Program-made: the position numbers and the translations under genes | In this document: positions 19,779 to 30,070 of the stretch, piece by piece | Position numbering within the stretch: the stretch's first letter is position 1 | How the letters are laid out: every line of letters starts with the position of its first letter | The notes under the pieces: generated by a model | Databases searched by the model: none | Seen by the model: only the letters and a program-made list of their open reading frames with translations | What the model was told of the DNA's origin: nothing | IMG/VR virus record: IMGVR_UViG_3300020473_002209 | Span: 1-64,000 of that record | DNA: 64,000 nt | Source: a virus | Strand: one strand, 5' to 3'

Positions 19779-20745
19779 TGACCACCTTATAAGAAAAAGA
19801 GTAAATCTAGTCCAGCGAGCTTTCGGAACATCCATCTTAGATAGAGATGGCGTGAATGTTGCAGTAAGCTGCGTCAACTCGAAATGCTCTTCTTACGGAA
19901 ACCAAGCAAAGAAAAAACTAACTCTTCGTGTTGATAATGAGTTTTTTCACTGCTGGGTTTGCGGCTTGCGAGGAAAGGGTCTTGCATACTTTTTCAAACG
20001 CTATAAGCCGAATTATCATTGTACAGCGTCTGAGATTTTTGAAAAAAAGGTTACAGAAAAAAAAGAAGAGGAGTTACCTCCAGTTACGCTGCCCGAGAAT
20101 TTCTCTTTATTGGCAGCCCTGGCAAAGAGAGCAGACCCCGATTTGAAAGCATGTCGCAATTATCTTTATAATAGAGGGTTTTCCGATAGAGACCTATGGT
20201 ATTTCAGGTTGGGTGCTGTTTCTTCTGGGCGGTTTCGTAGAAGGATTATCATACCCTCTTTTGACGGTGATGGAACGCTTAATTACTTTACGGCACGCGC
20301 GATTGACGAAGACGTCGGCAGGAAGTATATGAACCCAAGAGTAAAAAGAAGCGAGATTATTTTTAATGAAATAAACATCGATTGGGATGATGAGCTTACA
20401 ATTGTCGAAGGACCATTTGATTTGATGAAAGCCAACCAAAACTGCACTTGCTTGCTGGGCAGCTCATTGAGCGAAAAGCACTTCTTGTTTCAGCGAATCG
20501 CAGCGAACAAGACACCGGTCCTGCTTTCGCTCGACCCAGATGCAAAAAAGAAGACTCAAGACATCGCCAAGCTGCTTAACTCTTTTGATGTTGATGTTAG
20601 GGTTGCAGATGTTAGACCCTACAGCGATGTAGGTGAGATGCCATTGGGCGAATTTGAGAAATATAGGAACGAAGCGAATCCATGGTCGGATATGGATAGG
20701 TTGAGAAGCATGATTGACTCTATCAAATCGGGTTCACTAATATGA
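19771..20745 (+). CDS. dnaG: DnaG-type primase (Zn finger + TOPRIM)
   Basis: CVNSKC...FHCWVC Zn site; YL..RG, RIIIPSFD, YFTAR, KY.NP; TOPRIM motifs IVEGPFD, LDPDA, DVGE. Confidence 0.85.
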   Translation: MSDDHLIRKRVNLVQRAFGTSILDRDGVNVAVSCVNSKCSSYGNQAKKKLTLRVDNEFFHCWVCGLRGKGLAYFFKRYKPNYHCTASEIFEKKVTEKKEEELPPVTLPENFSLLAALAKRADPDLKACRNYLYNRGFSDRDLWYFRLGAVSSGRFRRRIIIPSFDGDGTLNYFTARAIDEDVGRKYMNPRVKRSEIIFNEINIDWDDELTIVEGPFDLMKANQNCTCLLGSSLSEKHFLFQRIAANKTPVLLSLDPDAKKKTQDIAKLLNSFDVDVRVADVRPYSDVGEMPLGEFEKYRNEANPWSDMDRLRSMIDSIKSGSLI

Positions 20746-20757
20746 GGGGATTAAAGT

Positions 20758-23700
20758 TTGTCTTTTAAGTGCGCACATTTTGCAGATATACACTTCAGGG
20801 GTCTTACACGCCATGATGAGTACAGGAAGGTTTTTGAGCAAGCGTATGCTGAGCTGCGTATACTGAAACCTGATGTCATTTTCTTGGGCGGTGATATTGT
20901 ACATTCTAAAACGCAAGGCATCAGTCCTGAGCTTATTGAGATTTTAAGGTGGTGGTTGACATCTCTAGCAGAGATTGCTCCTGTTCATATTATTTTAGGT
21001 AATCATGACGGGTTGATGCTCAATGAAGATCGACTTGACGCCATTACCCCGATTGTTAAAACGCTGAACAATCCAGACATCTTGTTAATGAAGGGGACAG
21101 GTGTGTATCCGACTGGCGTTCCTGGATACAACTGGTGTACGTTCTGTTGCTTTGATGTTAAGTCCTGGCCGGATCTTGCCCCTCCTGCAGAGGGTGTCAA
21201 TCTAGCCCTGTATCATGGCCCAGTTAATGGGTCGCTTACAGACCAAGATTGGGAAATAAACGGTGATAGCGTCAAGGTTGACTTTTTCAAAGATTACGAC
21301 TTTGCTCTGCTTGGTGATATTCATAAGCGACAGTTTTTAACAGACACTGTCGCGTATCCAGGTTCAACCATTCAGCAAAATTATGGTGAGGATGTTGAGA
21401 AGGGTTTCTTGTTCTGGGATATTAAGGACAAGGAAGATTTTACCGTTAAGTTTATCCCACTTCATAATCAGCATGCTTTCAGGACCATTCAGTGGGCTGG
21501 TGATGTTGTTGAAACTATAGAGCAGATACCGGATGACTGGGTAGGGTCCCGGTTTCGAATAGCTCACAAGGGGATAAACCAGCTAGATTTTCGACAGCTC
21601 CAGTCTGCTTTAAAAGAAAAGTTTGATGCGTTTGAGGTCGTTTCTAAAAACGAATCTTCCGCGATGGCAGGGGGAGAGGTAGAGATAACAACCTCGATTG
21701 GAAAGATAAGTCGCAATGATCTGCGTAGCTTCTCGCAGCAAGACAAGCTGATGTCAGATTTTGTAGCAAAGATGGAACTTGAGGAAGATGATCGAGAAAG
21801 ATTGAGGAGCCTGCATAAAGACATTTTTAAGAGATGCGTTCAGCAAGCGACAAATAAGTCTCACCAGTGGAGATTACGAAAGCTTTCCTTTGATAACACT
21901 TTCGGCTATGGAGAGAGCAATGTCATCGATTTCGATGCGCTAAGTGGGATCACTGGAATCTTTGGTAAGAACAGATCAGGCAAATCTTCAATCCCTGGCA
22001 CGCTTGTTTACTCGCTCTTTAATTCTACAGATAGAGGAGTGCTTAAAAACGTACACGTAATCAACAACCGGAAAACTTTTTGTCGAGCTACAACGGATTT
22101 TTCCGTTGGCGGAGAAATGTACAGAGCTGATCGTCAAACGATAAAGAGGATCAGTAGAAAGGGCGTTGTGTCCGCACCTACGAACCTTAATCTTTTTAAG
22201 GTCGGCTCTGACGGCGAACCCATCGAAGACAACACAGGCGAACAGAGGCGTGAAACTGAGAAAGTTTTACGAACTCTTGTTGGTAGCGTGGATGATTTTC
22301 TAATGACATCGTTCGCGTCACAGGGCGAGATGAATGCATTTATTAGGGAGGGCTCAACTCGAAGAAAAGCAATACTCACCAGATTCTTAGACCTGCAGAT
22401 GTTTGATGACATGTTAAAAATAGCCAAGAACGAAATGTCTGAACTTCGAGGTGAGATGAAATCAGCTCCAGACAAGAACTGGAATTTGCTTGTTGAGGAG
22501 CAACAAGAGCTACTTTCATCATTCCATGAGGAGAGAAAAGAGGTAGAAGAAGAATTAGAAGAGCTAAAAGAAGAAAGGGATGAGTTGAAGATTAAGATGG
22601 CAGCGCTACCATCTGCTGGAAAATACACTAGAAACCAAGTCAACGCGCAACTACAGAAGCTTAATGGTCTAGAAGGAAAAGCAAATACACTGGAGAAAGA
22701 GATAATCCAATTCTCTACAGAGAGGGAAGGGGTTTCTAAAAGACTCGAAAAGATTGAAGCAATCAAAGAGCAATTTCCAATAGACGAGCTGCGGTCACAA
22801 TCATCACTCTTGACTGGGCTTAAGCAGCAGGGTGAATTGTCGGATGCAAATCTTAATCTAGAAATCCAGCGCCTTGAATCCAAAAAGAAGCTTAGCAAAA
22901 AGCTTAAGCCTTGTTCGTGCTTTGAGCATCTTCCAACATGTAGGTATGTCAAGGATTCCAAGAAGTGCGAAGGAGAAGTAGACGATCAGAAGGCCGTCGT
23001 TTCCACTGCACGAAAAGAACTCAGAGCGATTAGATCAAATTTGGAAAAGCTCGCTTCTGCTGGAATTTCTGAAAAACTAGCCAAATACGAAACGATACTT
23101 CAGCAAGAGCAAGATCTCAAGCTTGAGAATTCTGAAATGAAACTGCAGATGAAAGAACTAGAATCCAGCCACCAGGAGCTGCTAACATCTATAACATCAG
23201 GTAAAGACTTGCTTAGAGAGATGAGACTAAGATCAGTTGACGATGAGAAAGACAAGGAAGTCTTAAAGATGCAACAGGACTTGGCAAGAGTAGAGTCTCG
23301 TATATCCGAGCTTGATGGAAGTCGTCTGTATCTTGCAGAGCAGATTAGTGTCACAAAACAAAATTGCTCGAATCTTGTAGATGAAAAAGAGAAGTTCAGC
23401 GCAATCAAGTCAAGGTGGGAAACTTATAACACATTTTCTCAAGCTGTTGATAAAAAGGGCATTCCTCTAACGATTCTTTCTCTGCAGCTACCACAGATAA
23501 ATGCTGAATTAACAAAGATACTTCAGGGTGTTGTTAATTTTGATCTCTCACTTGAGGCAGACGGTGACTCAAATAATATGGACATCTTTATAGACTATGG
23601 AGATTCAAAACGGATAATAGAGTGCGGTTCTGGCATGGAAAAAATGATAGCTTCGCTTGCCCTAAGGGTCGCTCTTATCAATATCTGTAATGCACCAAGA

Positions 23701-23907
23701 AGTGATGTGCTTATAATCGATGAGGGTTTCGGCGCTTTGGATGATAAGAATATTGAGGCATGTTCTCGTCTACTAATATCTCTCAAAAAGTATTTTTCAA
23801 ATATCCTTATTATTTCTCATGTTGATGCAGTGAAAGATATCGTGGATAATGTTTTAGATATCCAGAAGGTGGGTAAGGATGCAAGAGTCACATATTCCGG
23901 AGCTTGA
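20758..23907 (+). CDS. Fused Mre11/SbcD nuclease - Rad50/SbcC ATPase (T4 gp47-gp46-like)
   Basis: TTG start. Phosphoesterase motifs ADIH, GGDIVH, GNHD, YHG, LGDIH; Walker A GKNRSGKSS; Q-loop ASQG; long coiled coil; signature GSGMEK; Walker B LIIDEG; H-loop ISH. Confidence 0.92.
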   Translation: MSFKCAHFADIHFRGLTRHDEYRKVFEQAYAELRILKPDVIFLGGDIVHSKTQGISPELIEILRWWLTSLAEIAPVHIILGNHDGLMLNEDRLDAITPIVKTLNNPDILLMKGTGVYPTGVPGYNWCTFCCFDVKSWPDLAPPAEGVNLALYHGPVNGSLTDQDWEINGDSVKVDFFKDYDFALLGDIHKRQFLTDTVAYPGSTIQQNYGEDVEKGFLFWDIKDKEDFTVKFIPLHNQHAFRTIQWAGDVVETIEQIPDDWVGSRFRIAHKGINQLDFRQLQSALKEKFDAFEVVSKNESSAMAGGEVEITTSIGKISRNDLRSFSQQDKLMSDFVAKMELEEDDRERLRSLHKDIFKRCVQQATNKSHQWRLRKLSFDNTFGYGESNVIDFDALSGITGIFGKNRSGKSSIPGTLVYSLFNSTDRGVLKNVHVINNRKTFCRATTDFSVGGEMYRADRQTIKRISRKGVVSAPTNLNLFKVGSDGEPIEDNTGEQRRETEKVLRTLVGSVDDFLMTSFASQGEMNAFIREGSTRRKAILTRFLDLQMFDDMLKIAKNEMSELRGEMKSAPDKNWNLLVEEQQELLSSFHEERKEVEEELEELKEERDELKIKMAALPSAGKYTRNQVNAQLQKLNGLEGKANTLEKEIIQFSTEREGVSKRLEKIEAIKEQFPIDELRSQSSLLTGLKQQGELSDANLNLEIQRLESKKKLSKKLKPCSCFEHLPTCRYVKDSKKCEGEVDDQKAVVSTARKELRAIRSNLEKLASAGISEKLAKYETILQQEQDLKLENSEMKLQMKELESSHQELLTSITSGKDLLREMRLRSVDDEKDKEVLKMQQDLARVESRISELDGSRLYLAEQISVTKQNCSNLVDEKEKFSAIKSRWETYNTFSQAVDKKGIPLTILSLQLPQINAELTKILQGVVNFDLSLEADGDSNNMDIFIDYGDSKRIIECGSGMEKMIASLALRVALINICNAPRSDVLIIDEGFGALDDKNIEACSRLLISLKKYFSNILIISHVDAVKDIVDNVLDIQKVGKDARVTYSGA

Positions 23908-24133
23908 TTTCTTCGTTCCCCTGGATTGTCCTGTATGCGGTCTTCTGATGCGAGACATGAGAGATTCTGTCCAATATTTAGAGACCAAGTGCTGCGTTCA
24001 GTGCTGGATATCGCTTGTAGAGCCTTTGAGAAAAATAAAAGAAGATGATGATTATTTCCCATCAGAAGAAGATATTTCAACCCATAGAGAAAAGTTAGCT
24101 CAATCCGAAATAATTAAAGACGAGGAGTTTTAG
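23879..24133 (+). CDS. Small Zn-finger protein
   Basis: CPVC...CCVQC; overlaps the end of the nuclease-ATPase gene. Confidence 0.6.
   Translation: MQESHIPELDFFVPLDCPVCGLLMRDMRDSVQYLETKCCVQCWISLVEPLRKIKEDDDYFPSEEDISTHREKLAQSEIIKDEEF
24110..24116 (+). promoter_or_regulatory. Putative late promoter (ATAATTA) opening the packaging/head operon
   Basis: Starts 27 nt upstream of ATG 24137, ahead of a GAGGAG RBS. Confidence 0.45.
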
Positions 24134-24136
24134 AAC

Positions 24137-24505
24137 ATGTTAACATTAGAAGAAGTAAGAGCGCTTGGTGAAGTCCTGAATACAACTTGGGGACGGTCTA
24201 GTAGCAATATGAAGGTTACGCATCGTTTAGAGGGTGATAACCTGGACTTACAAATACAGTCAATCGTTCACTTTGATGGCTCACGTTCATTGAACCCCCA
24301 AGTGCTTAGGGAAAGAGAGATTGCAAACGCTATTTTTACTGATGCGTTAAAGAAGGTGAAAGCAGACTTTAAAGATGCAACCGGTCGAGCACTAACCGTT
24401 AAAGAGATATCTCGTGATGATGATATTGAGTTGATTCAGGCGACTTCAGTTAGCCCAAGAAAAGTCGCGTATTTTCGGTGCCAGTTAAGACTACAAGTCA
24501 GTTGA
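24137..24505 (+). CDS. Hypothetical protein upstream of terminase
   Basis: 122 aa ORF with a good RBS. Confidence 0.75.
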   Translation: MLTLEEVRALGEVLNTTWGRSSSNMKVTHRLEGDNLDLQIQSIVHFDGSRSLNPQVLREREIANAIFTDALKKVKADFKDATGRALTVKEISRDDDIELIQATSVSPRKVAYFRCQLRLQVS

Positions 24506-24511
24506 GGTCTT

Positions 24512-26107
24512 ATGCCGCCTCTGAATAAGCAAAAGCAAGTTGCAGAGATTGTTAAGTGCGGTAAAGACCCTACTTATTTTATCAATCGCTATGTTCAGAT
24601 CCAGCATCCGATCCGCGGTAGGATACCATTTCATACCTTTGCGTTTCAAGATGACTGTCTTCAACATTTCAATGATCACCGTTTTAACGTTGTCGTAAAG
24701 TCACGCCAGCTTGGCCTTTCAACGCTGTCAGCAGCGTATGCTGTTTGGATGGCTCTTTTCAGAAAAGACAAGACGATTCTTGTTATCGCTACGAAGCTGG
24801 CGGTTGCTCAAAACTTTATTAAGAAGGTAAAGATTGCGTTGTCTGGTATCCCAAAGTGGATGTGGATTACAGAGATAACTGCAAAGAATACCCAGGCAAT
24901 TGAATTCTCAAATGGTTCAGCGATTAAAGCTGTTCCTACGTCTGATGATGCAGGCCGATCAGAGGCCTTGAGCCTCTTGATAGTTGACGAGGCTGCGTTC
25001 ATTAGAAACTTTGATGAGCTATGGAAGGGATTGTATCCTACCCTTTCAACCGGTGGCCGAGCAATAATCGTAAGCACCCCGAACGGAACGGGCGGCCAAT
25101 ATTATGACATCTACCACAACGCAGTTAACGGTGAGAATGAATTCAACGCCATTAAATTACCTTGGGATGTCCATCCAGAGCGAGGCGACGAGTGGTTCGA
25201 GAACGAGTCAAGAAACTTAAATAAGCAGCAGATCGCTCAAGAGCTGCTTTGCGATTTCCAGGCATCTGGAGAGACGTTTCTTTCGACAGATGATATTATG
25301 AAATTAAGGATGCAGATAAAGCAGCCTCTTGAGAAGTGGGGTCCAGAAAATGCAGTGTGGGTGTGGAAGTACTCGTTGGCAGACCACCAGTATATCATAT
25401 CTGCCGATGTTGCTAGAGGCGATGGCAACGATTATTCTACATTTCATGTTATAGACACAACCGAGTCAGAGGTCGTTGCAGAATTTAAGGGGAAAGTACC
25501 CCCTGACCAACTTGCGTTTCTCTTAATAGAGGCTTCCAAAAGATATTCTGAAGCGTTAATATGTCCTGAGAATAACACATACGGCTACGCTGTGTTAATG
25601 AAATTAAAAGAGCTCGGGTGTAGAAACATCTACTTCAAAAAAGAAAAAGACAAGTTTAACGCTCTGTATGGAGACGGGTCCATTGGAAAAGCCGGGTTCG
25701 CAACCCAGGGAAATAGTCGACCACAGATCTTAACTAAATTAGAAGAGGTAATACGGAATGATAAGATCCTTGTGTATTCTTCGAGGTTGGTGGATGAGCT
25801 TAAGACTTTCGTATGGACCAATAATAAAGCCCAAGCTCAAAGAGGGAAAAATGACGATTTAGTCATGTCACTCGCAATTGGAGTTTGGCTTTATGATGCG
25901 AAAGGAAAGAAGCAAGTTAAGAGTATCGATATGAATGCAGCTATGCTTGCTGGCTTCGCCCTGAACAAAAGAGAGGCCCCAAAACAGAAGGACATGTCTC
26001 GCTTTAATCAGCAGGTCGGTATACTTACTGCAAGGGGAATGCCTGTCTCTATGGGTGAAGACCACCCAGCATTGTCGGGCTCCGCAGATTTTAAGTGGCT
26101 TCTTTAA
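24512..26107 (+). CDS. terL: Terminase large subunit (T4 gp17-like)
   Basis: Walker A KSRQLGLST; Walker B LLIVDEAAF; VSTPNG; nuclease ADVARGDGNDYS and DDLVMSLAI. Confidence 0.95.
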   Translation: MPPLNKQKQVAEIVKCGKDPTYFINRYVQIQHPIRGRIPFHTFAFQDDCLQHFNDHRFNVVVKSRQLGLSTLSAAYAVWMALFRKDKTILVIATKLAVAQNFIKKVKIALSGIPKWMWITEITAKNTQAIEFSNGSAIKAVPTSDDAGRSEALSLLIVDEAAFIRNFDELWKGLYPTLSTGGRAIIVSTPNGTGGQYYDIYHNAVNGENEFNAIKLPWDVHPERGDEWFENESRNLNKQQIAQELLCDFQASGETFLSTDDIMKLRMQIKQPLEKWGPENAVWVWKYSLADHQYIISADVARGDGNDYSTFHVIDTTESEVVAEFKGKVPPDQLAFLLIEASKRYSEALICPENNTYGYAVLMKLKELGCRNIYFKKEKDKFNALYGDGSIGKAGFATQGNSRPQILTKLEEVIRNDKILVYSSRLVDELKTFVWTNNKAQAQRGKNDDLVMSLAIGVWLYDAKGKKQVKSIDMNAAMLAGFALNKREAPKQKDMSRFNQQVGILTARGMPVSMGEDHPALSGSADFKWLL

Positions 26108-26134
26108 CCTTTATAATGGTTGGTGAGGAATTAG

Positions 26135-28090
26135 ATGGCAAGTAAAGGAAATATCTTTCAACGATTAACGCAACTTTTTCGTTCTGGACCAGTGGTAAAG
26201 AGAAGAGTTAGGCAAAATGTTCCAGGACTCTCCACATCCGCAGCAGAAGTTTTTAAGCGCTCCCATAATGATGTCTATAGCAACACTTTAAGCGCCTATG
26301 GGTCGTTTGACAGAATGTCTAGATATTCTGATTTTGCTGAGATGGAGGCGACCCCAGAAATTGCATCAGCGCTAGACATTTATTCGGAAGAGACAGTTAG
26401 TCCTGATGAGCATGGTAAAGTGCTGCATATCTTTTGTGAAGACGAGCTAAAGAAAGAGCTTCTTGAGACGTTATTTTATGATACTCTAAACGTTGAATTT
26501 AATCTAGTAATGTGGGTAAGAAATCTCTGTAAGTACGGAGACTTTTTTCTTTTCAACGATGTTGATCCAAAGTTTGGGATTGTTAACGCATATCCCATAC
26601 CAATCTCTGAAATGGAAAGGGAAGAGGGGTTTGATCCCGACAATCCCGGTGCCGTACGTTTCAGGTGGATCACCCAGGGTAACACAGTTTTAGAAAATTG
26701 GCAGGTATCCCATTTCAGGCTTTTGGGGAACGATGCATTCTTACCGTACGGCTCATCAGTGCTTGAGTCAGCTCGCAGGATTTGGAGACAATTAATTTTG
26801 ATTGAAGATGCGATGCTCGTCTATCGCGTTATTAGAGCCCCAGAGCGCAGAGTGTTTTACATAGACGTAGGAAATGTCGCTCCTGAAGATGTTTCGGATT
26901 ATCTCGAACAAGCAACGTCTACGTTGAAAAGAGCTCCAGTCGTCGATAGACAAAACGGGAAAGTAGACCTTAGGTATAACCCACTTTCTGTTGATGAAGA
27001 CTACTTCATCCCTGTGAGAGGTGGTGATTCTGGAACAAAGATCGACACCCTTGCCGGTGGACAAAACACGGCAGCCATAGAAGATGTTGAGTATATTCAA
27101 AAGAAGCTCTTCGCTGCGCTAAAGATACCTCGTGCTTATCTTGGGTATGATGAAGAGATTGGTGCAAAGGCGACATTGGCTCAAGAAGACATCCGCTTTA
27201 GTAGGACGATTCAGCGCATTCAGAAAACCGTTATTGCAGAGTTAAATAAAATAGCAATGATTCATCTGTATGTTCATGGGTACGATGCCGAAGACCTTAT
27301 CGATTTTGAGCTTAAGCTATCCAATCCATCTTCGGTCGCCCAGATGCAGAAACTAGAGTTGATCTCTCAGAGGTTCGACATAGCTGGTAAGGTTCCGGAA
27401 GGCATGCTTGACAGACGCTGGGTACAGAAGAACGTTCTGGGTCTTACTGATAAGGTGATTGAAGAGATTCATGAAGGAAAGATGCAGGATAAGATTGCAG
27501 ATGCTGAAGTAGAAGGAGCTGGTGCTGAAGAAGGCGGCGAAGAAGGCGGGGGTGATGAAGGTGGCGGAGGCGGAGGTCTCTTTTCAGCAGACATCCCTGA
27601 AGATGGTCAGCTTCTGACAGCGCTTCCAGCAGATGGAGACAAAATCGGCCAGGACGACGATGACGATGACGATGATGATGATGTTATTGATATCGCAAAT
27701 CTTTCTATTGACGATCCTGAGGCCCCAATAAAGGCACAGTCAGCTGTTCAGCAAAGAAGTAAAAAGTCATCTGGTGGACCCTTGAAAACCCACATGCCAG
27801 ATTTCAGGACGATGGTAACGAATAAAAGGCCCCAGGACTCGATGAGAAAACCATTCGGTGATGATTATCTTCGAACTCAATTCGAGGGAACAGAATGGGA
27901 AGAGCAAGATAGTTATAGAAGAAAGACCGGTGTTCGACCGGTAATAACACCAGAATTAAGGGGTACATTCAGATCATTATCTTCAATCCTTACTCCTGAA
28001 GGCGGAGTGCTTCTATCTGAAGCGGATTTAAGTGAGGGAGACAATTTCGACCTCGATGAATACGATGCCGGAGAAATAGATGAAAGTTAA
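26135..28090 (+). CDS. gp20: Portal protein (T4 gp20-like) with long acidic C-terminal extension
   Basis: QLILIEDAMLVYRVIRAPERRVFYIDVGN; EDYFIPVRG...TKIDTLAGG; DVEYIQKKLFAALKIP. Confidence 0.95.
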   Translation: MASKGNIFQRLTQLFRSGPVVKRRVRQNVPGLSTSAAEVFKRSHNDVYSNTLSAYGSFDRMSRYSDFAEMEATPEIASALDIYSEETVSPDEHGKVLHIFCEDELKKELLETLFYDTLNVEFNLVMWVRNLCKYGDFFLFNDVDPKFGIVNAYPIPISEMEREEGFDPDNPGAVRFRWITQGNTVLENWQVSHFRLLGNDAFLPYGSSVLESARRIWRQLILIEDAMLVYRVIRAPERRVFYIDVGNVAPEDVSDYLEQATSTLKRAPVVDRQNGKVDLRYNPLSVDEDYFIPVRGGDSGTKIDTLAGGQNTAAIEDVEYIQKKLFAALKIPRAYLGYDEEIGAKATLAQEDIRFSRTIQRIQKTVIAELNKIAMIHLYVHGYDAEDLIDFELKLSNPSSVAQMQKLELISQRFDIAGKVPEGMLDRRWVQKNVLGLTDKVIEEIHEGKMQDKIADAEVEGAGAEEGGEEGGGDEGGGGGGLFSADIPEDGQLLTALPADGDKIGQDDDDDDDDDDVIDIANLSIDDPEAPIKAQSAVQQRSKKSSGGPLKTHMPDFRTMVTNKRPQDSMRKPFGDDYLRTQFEGTEWEEQDSYRRKTGVRPVITPELRGTFRSLSSILTPEGGVLLSEADLSEGDNFDLDEYDAGEIDES

Positions 28091-28937
28091 ACACAACAAA
28101 AAAAGAAATGTCGGGCTGATCTTTGCGCAACTATCTCAGTATATTTCCGAAGCTCTTGTAGAGGGAAAGGTCCAAAAATCGAAAAAAGCTATTGATATTC
28201 TTCAAAAGCATTTTGTACCCGGTACAGAGCTGTTTAAAGAATTTCGGTTATTTCGTGCTATGATGATAACAGAAGTACCCTCTTCATCTCTTGCTAGTTC
28301 GATTATAACAGAAGCAAAAGGCGCTGCTAGAAACTTGGACATTAAGGTCTTAACGCAGCAAAAGTCTGCGCTCATTAAAGACATCAATTACATTTTAGGC
28401 GAGAGTACCTTTTATAATAGACGTGTTGAAGACTACAAAGAGTTTGCGACAGTACAAACTCTTTTATCACAATGGCGCTCACCTAATCCTGACATAGTCG
28501 TGTCTAGTAGGTTTGAGGGAGAATTACATTCATACCTTCTAAAAGAAAAGAGTAATAAGGATCTCGTTGATTTGAAGACACCACAAGCGAATCGTCTTGT
28601 TGTAGAGATTATGCATAAGAAAATAGAAGAAAAATTTGGTGCCTCTTTTTCACAAGACCAGATTGACCTTTTAAGAGAATATGTTTTCTCAGAAAATGAC
28701 AGTGATGCATTCCGCTCTAAGCTGGTTTCAATTAAAAAGAACACGCTGAATTCTCTTAGCGAGTATTCCTTGATGTGCGAAAACAAAATATTGACGAACC
28801 AGCTGGATGAAGTTAAGCGCTCTGTGCAGTCTCTTGATGTAGATGACTTTAATGACGACTCTATATCAAAATATTTAACGTTAATGAAGCTTACTGAAGA
28901 GCTTACCACAGGAGATGAGTCAAATGGCCGACCTTAA
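28080..28937 (+). CDS. Conserved head-region protein of unknown function
   Basis: MKVKHNKKRNVGLIFAQL start; lies between portal and protease and overlaps both. Confidence 0.75.
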   Translation: MKVKHNKKRNVGLIFAQLSQYISEALVEGKVQKSKKAIDILQKHFVPGTELFKEFRLFRAMMITEVPSSSLASSIITEAKGAARNLDIKVLTQQKSALIKDINYILGESTFYNRRVEDYKEFATVQTLLSQWRSPNPDIVVSSRFEGELHSYLLKEKSNKDLVDLKTPQANRLVVEIMHKKIEEKFGASFSQDQIDLLREYVFSENDSDAFRSKLVSIKKNTLNSLSEYSLMCENKILTNQLDEVKRSVQSLDVDDFNDDSISKYLTLMKLTEELTTGDESNGRP

Positions 28938-29541
28938 GTTATTGACAGAATGGACTCCCTGGAATTATTCGAAAGAAATGATTGAAGAATCAAAAGCCCA
29001 AAATGGCGGCAAGCTTCTCATGAAGGGGGTATTGCAGAAATCTGATACTTTGAATCAAAACGGCAGAGTGTATCCAAGAGCTATTCTCGAAAGAGAAATC
29101 AGAAACTATCAGAAGTTTATTGCAGAGAATCGTGCTCTCGGTGAGTGCGATCATCCGGACAGCTCTGTAGTCGAGCTCAAGAATGCATCCCACATCGTTC
29201 GCGAGGCGTACATGGACGGCGATGTTTGTTACGGTGTTGTGGAGCTGCTAGACACCCCGTCTGGAAAGATACTACAGAGCCTTGTAGAATCCGGCGTCAC
29301 TCTTGGTATTTCATCTAGAGGTGTTGGATCAACGAAAAGACAGGGAGACACAGATGTCGTCCAAGATGATTTTCAGCTTATTTGTTGGGACTTTGTTTCT
29401 GAGCCCTCGACTCCCGGAGCATTTATGATGCGTGAAGGTAGAATTCGAGAGGGAGACCTTAATAAGGTCTTCAACAAGACAGACAGGATCCACAGATTAT
29501 TCAATGAAGTATTAGATTGGGAAGGAGAGCAAGATGAGTAA
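28924..29541 (+). CDS. gp21: Prohead protease (T4 gp21-like)
   Basis: NQNGRVYP, ALGECDHP, ASH, TPSGKI, GISSRGVGS, DFVSEPSTPGAF. ATG 28924 is better spaced from GGAG than 28915. Confidence 0.92.
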   Translation: MADLKLLTEWTPWNYSKEMIEESKAQNGGKLLMKGVLQKSDTLNQNGRVYPRAILEREIRNYQKFIAENRALGECDHPDSSVVELKNASHIVREAYMDGDVCYGVVELLDTPSGKILQSLVESGVTLGISSRGVGSTKRQGDTDVVQDDFQLICWDFVSEPSTPGAFMMREGRIREGDLNKVFNKTDRIHRLFNEVLDWEGEQDE

Positions 29542-30070
29542 CACATGGCCAAGACCCGGCCTCGGTATGGTCGGCGAGTATCAAAGAAGCGGTCTTCCCT
29601 TTGTAACGTCTTCAAACGGCGCTGAATTAAAGACCGCGACCAGCAACGTGGTGCAGATTTCTTTTCCTCGAGTAACTAGATGGTTCGAGGTGCGTGGTCT
29701 TGATGCAAGCAATTCCACCGCAGAAATTAGGATTGGGTTTACTGAAAACGGAGTAAAGGGCGAAGGCGCCGTCACTGGTTCCATACCAACTGGTGAATTT
29801 ACAGACACCACAGGAAATCAGAAATTTGTCAAAGTCGAACCTCTTCCAAGTACAGAAGCTCAGAAGGCTACTCATGCGAATTATTTCGTTATACCGAGCG
29901 CAGAAACTTCTGAAGCACCGGCAATGCGATATGAATTAATGTGTACTGACCTCTTCTTGACAATGCACTCTGCTCACAACAGCGGGTTTTGTGTCATTGC
30001 CGGCTTAACAGACATTCCAAGAAGCTCTTTAAATCTTACAGGGTCTGCTGGGTACCAAGGAGTAGGATAA
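29534..30070 (+). CDS. Head-region structural protein (decoration candidate)
   Basis: 178 aa beta-rich with TSS/TGS motifs; overlaps the protease stop. Confidence 0.65.
   Translation: MSNTWPRPGLGMVGEYQRSGLPFVTSSNGAELKTATSNVVQISFPRVTRWFEVRGLDASNSTAEIRIGFTENGVKGEGAVTGSIPTGEFTDTTGNQKFVKVEPLPSTEAQKATHANYFVIPSAETSEAPAMRYELMCTDLFLTMHSAHNSGFCVIAGLTDIPRSSLNLTGSAGYQGVG

Noticed and set aside
24512-26107. Inteins or introns in terminase, portal, capsid, primase or polymerase
   Set aside because: Motifs are contiguous with ordinary spacing; no splice-junction or homing endonuclease signatures seen.
29989-30069. ORF-track N-terminal extension of the 30070 gene
   Set aside because: It overlaps the 29534 gene out of frame; ATG 30070 has TAATG coupling and an RBS.
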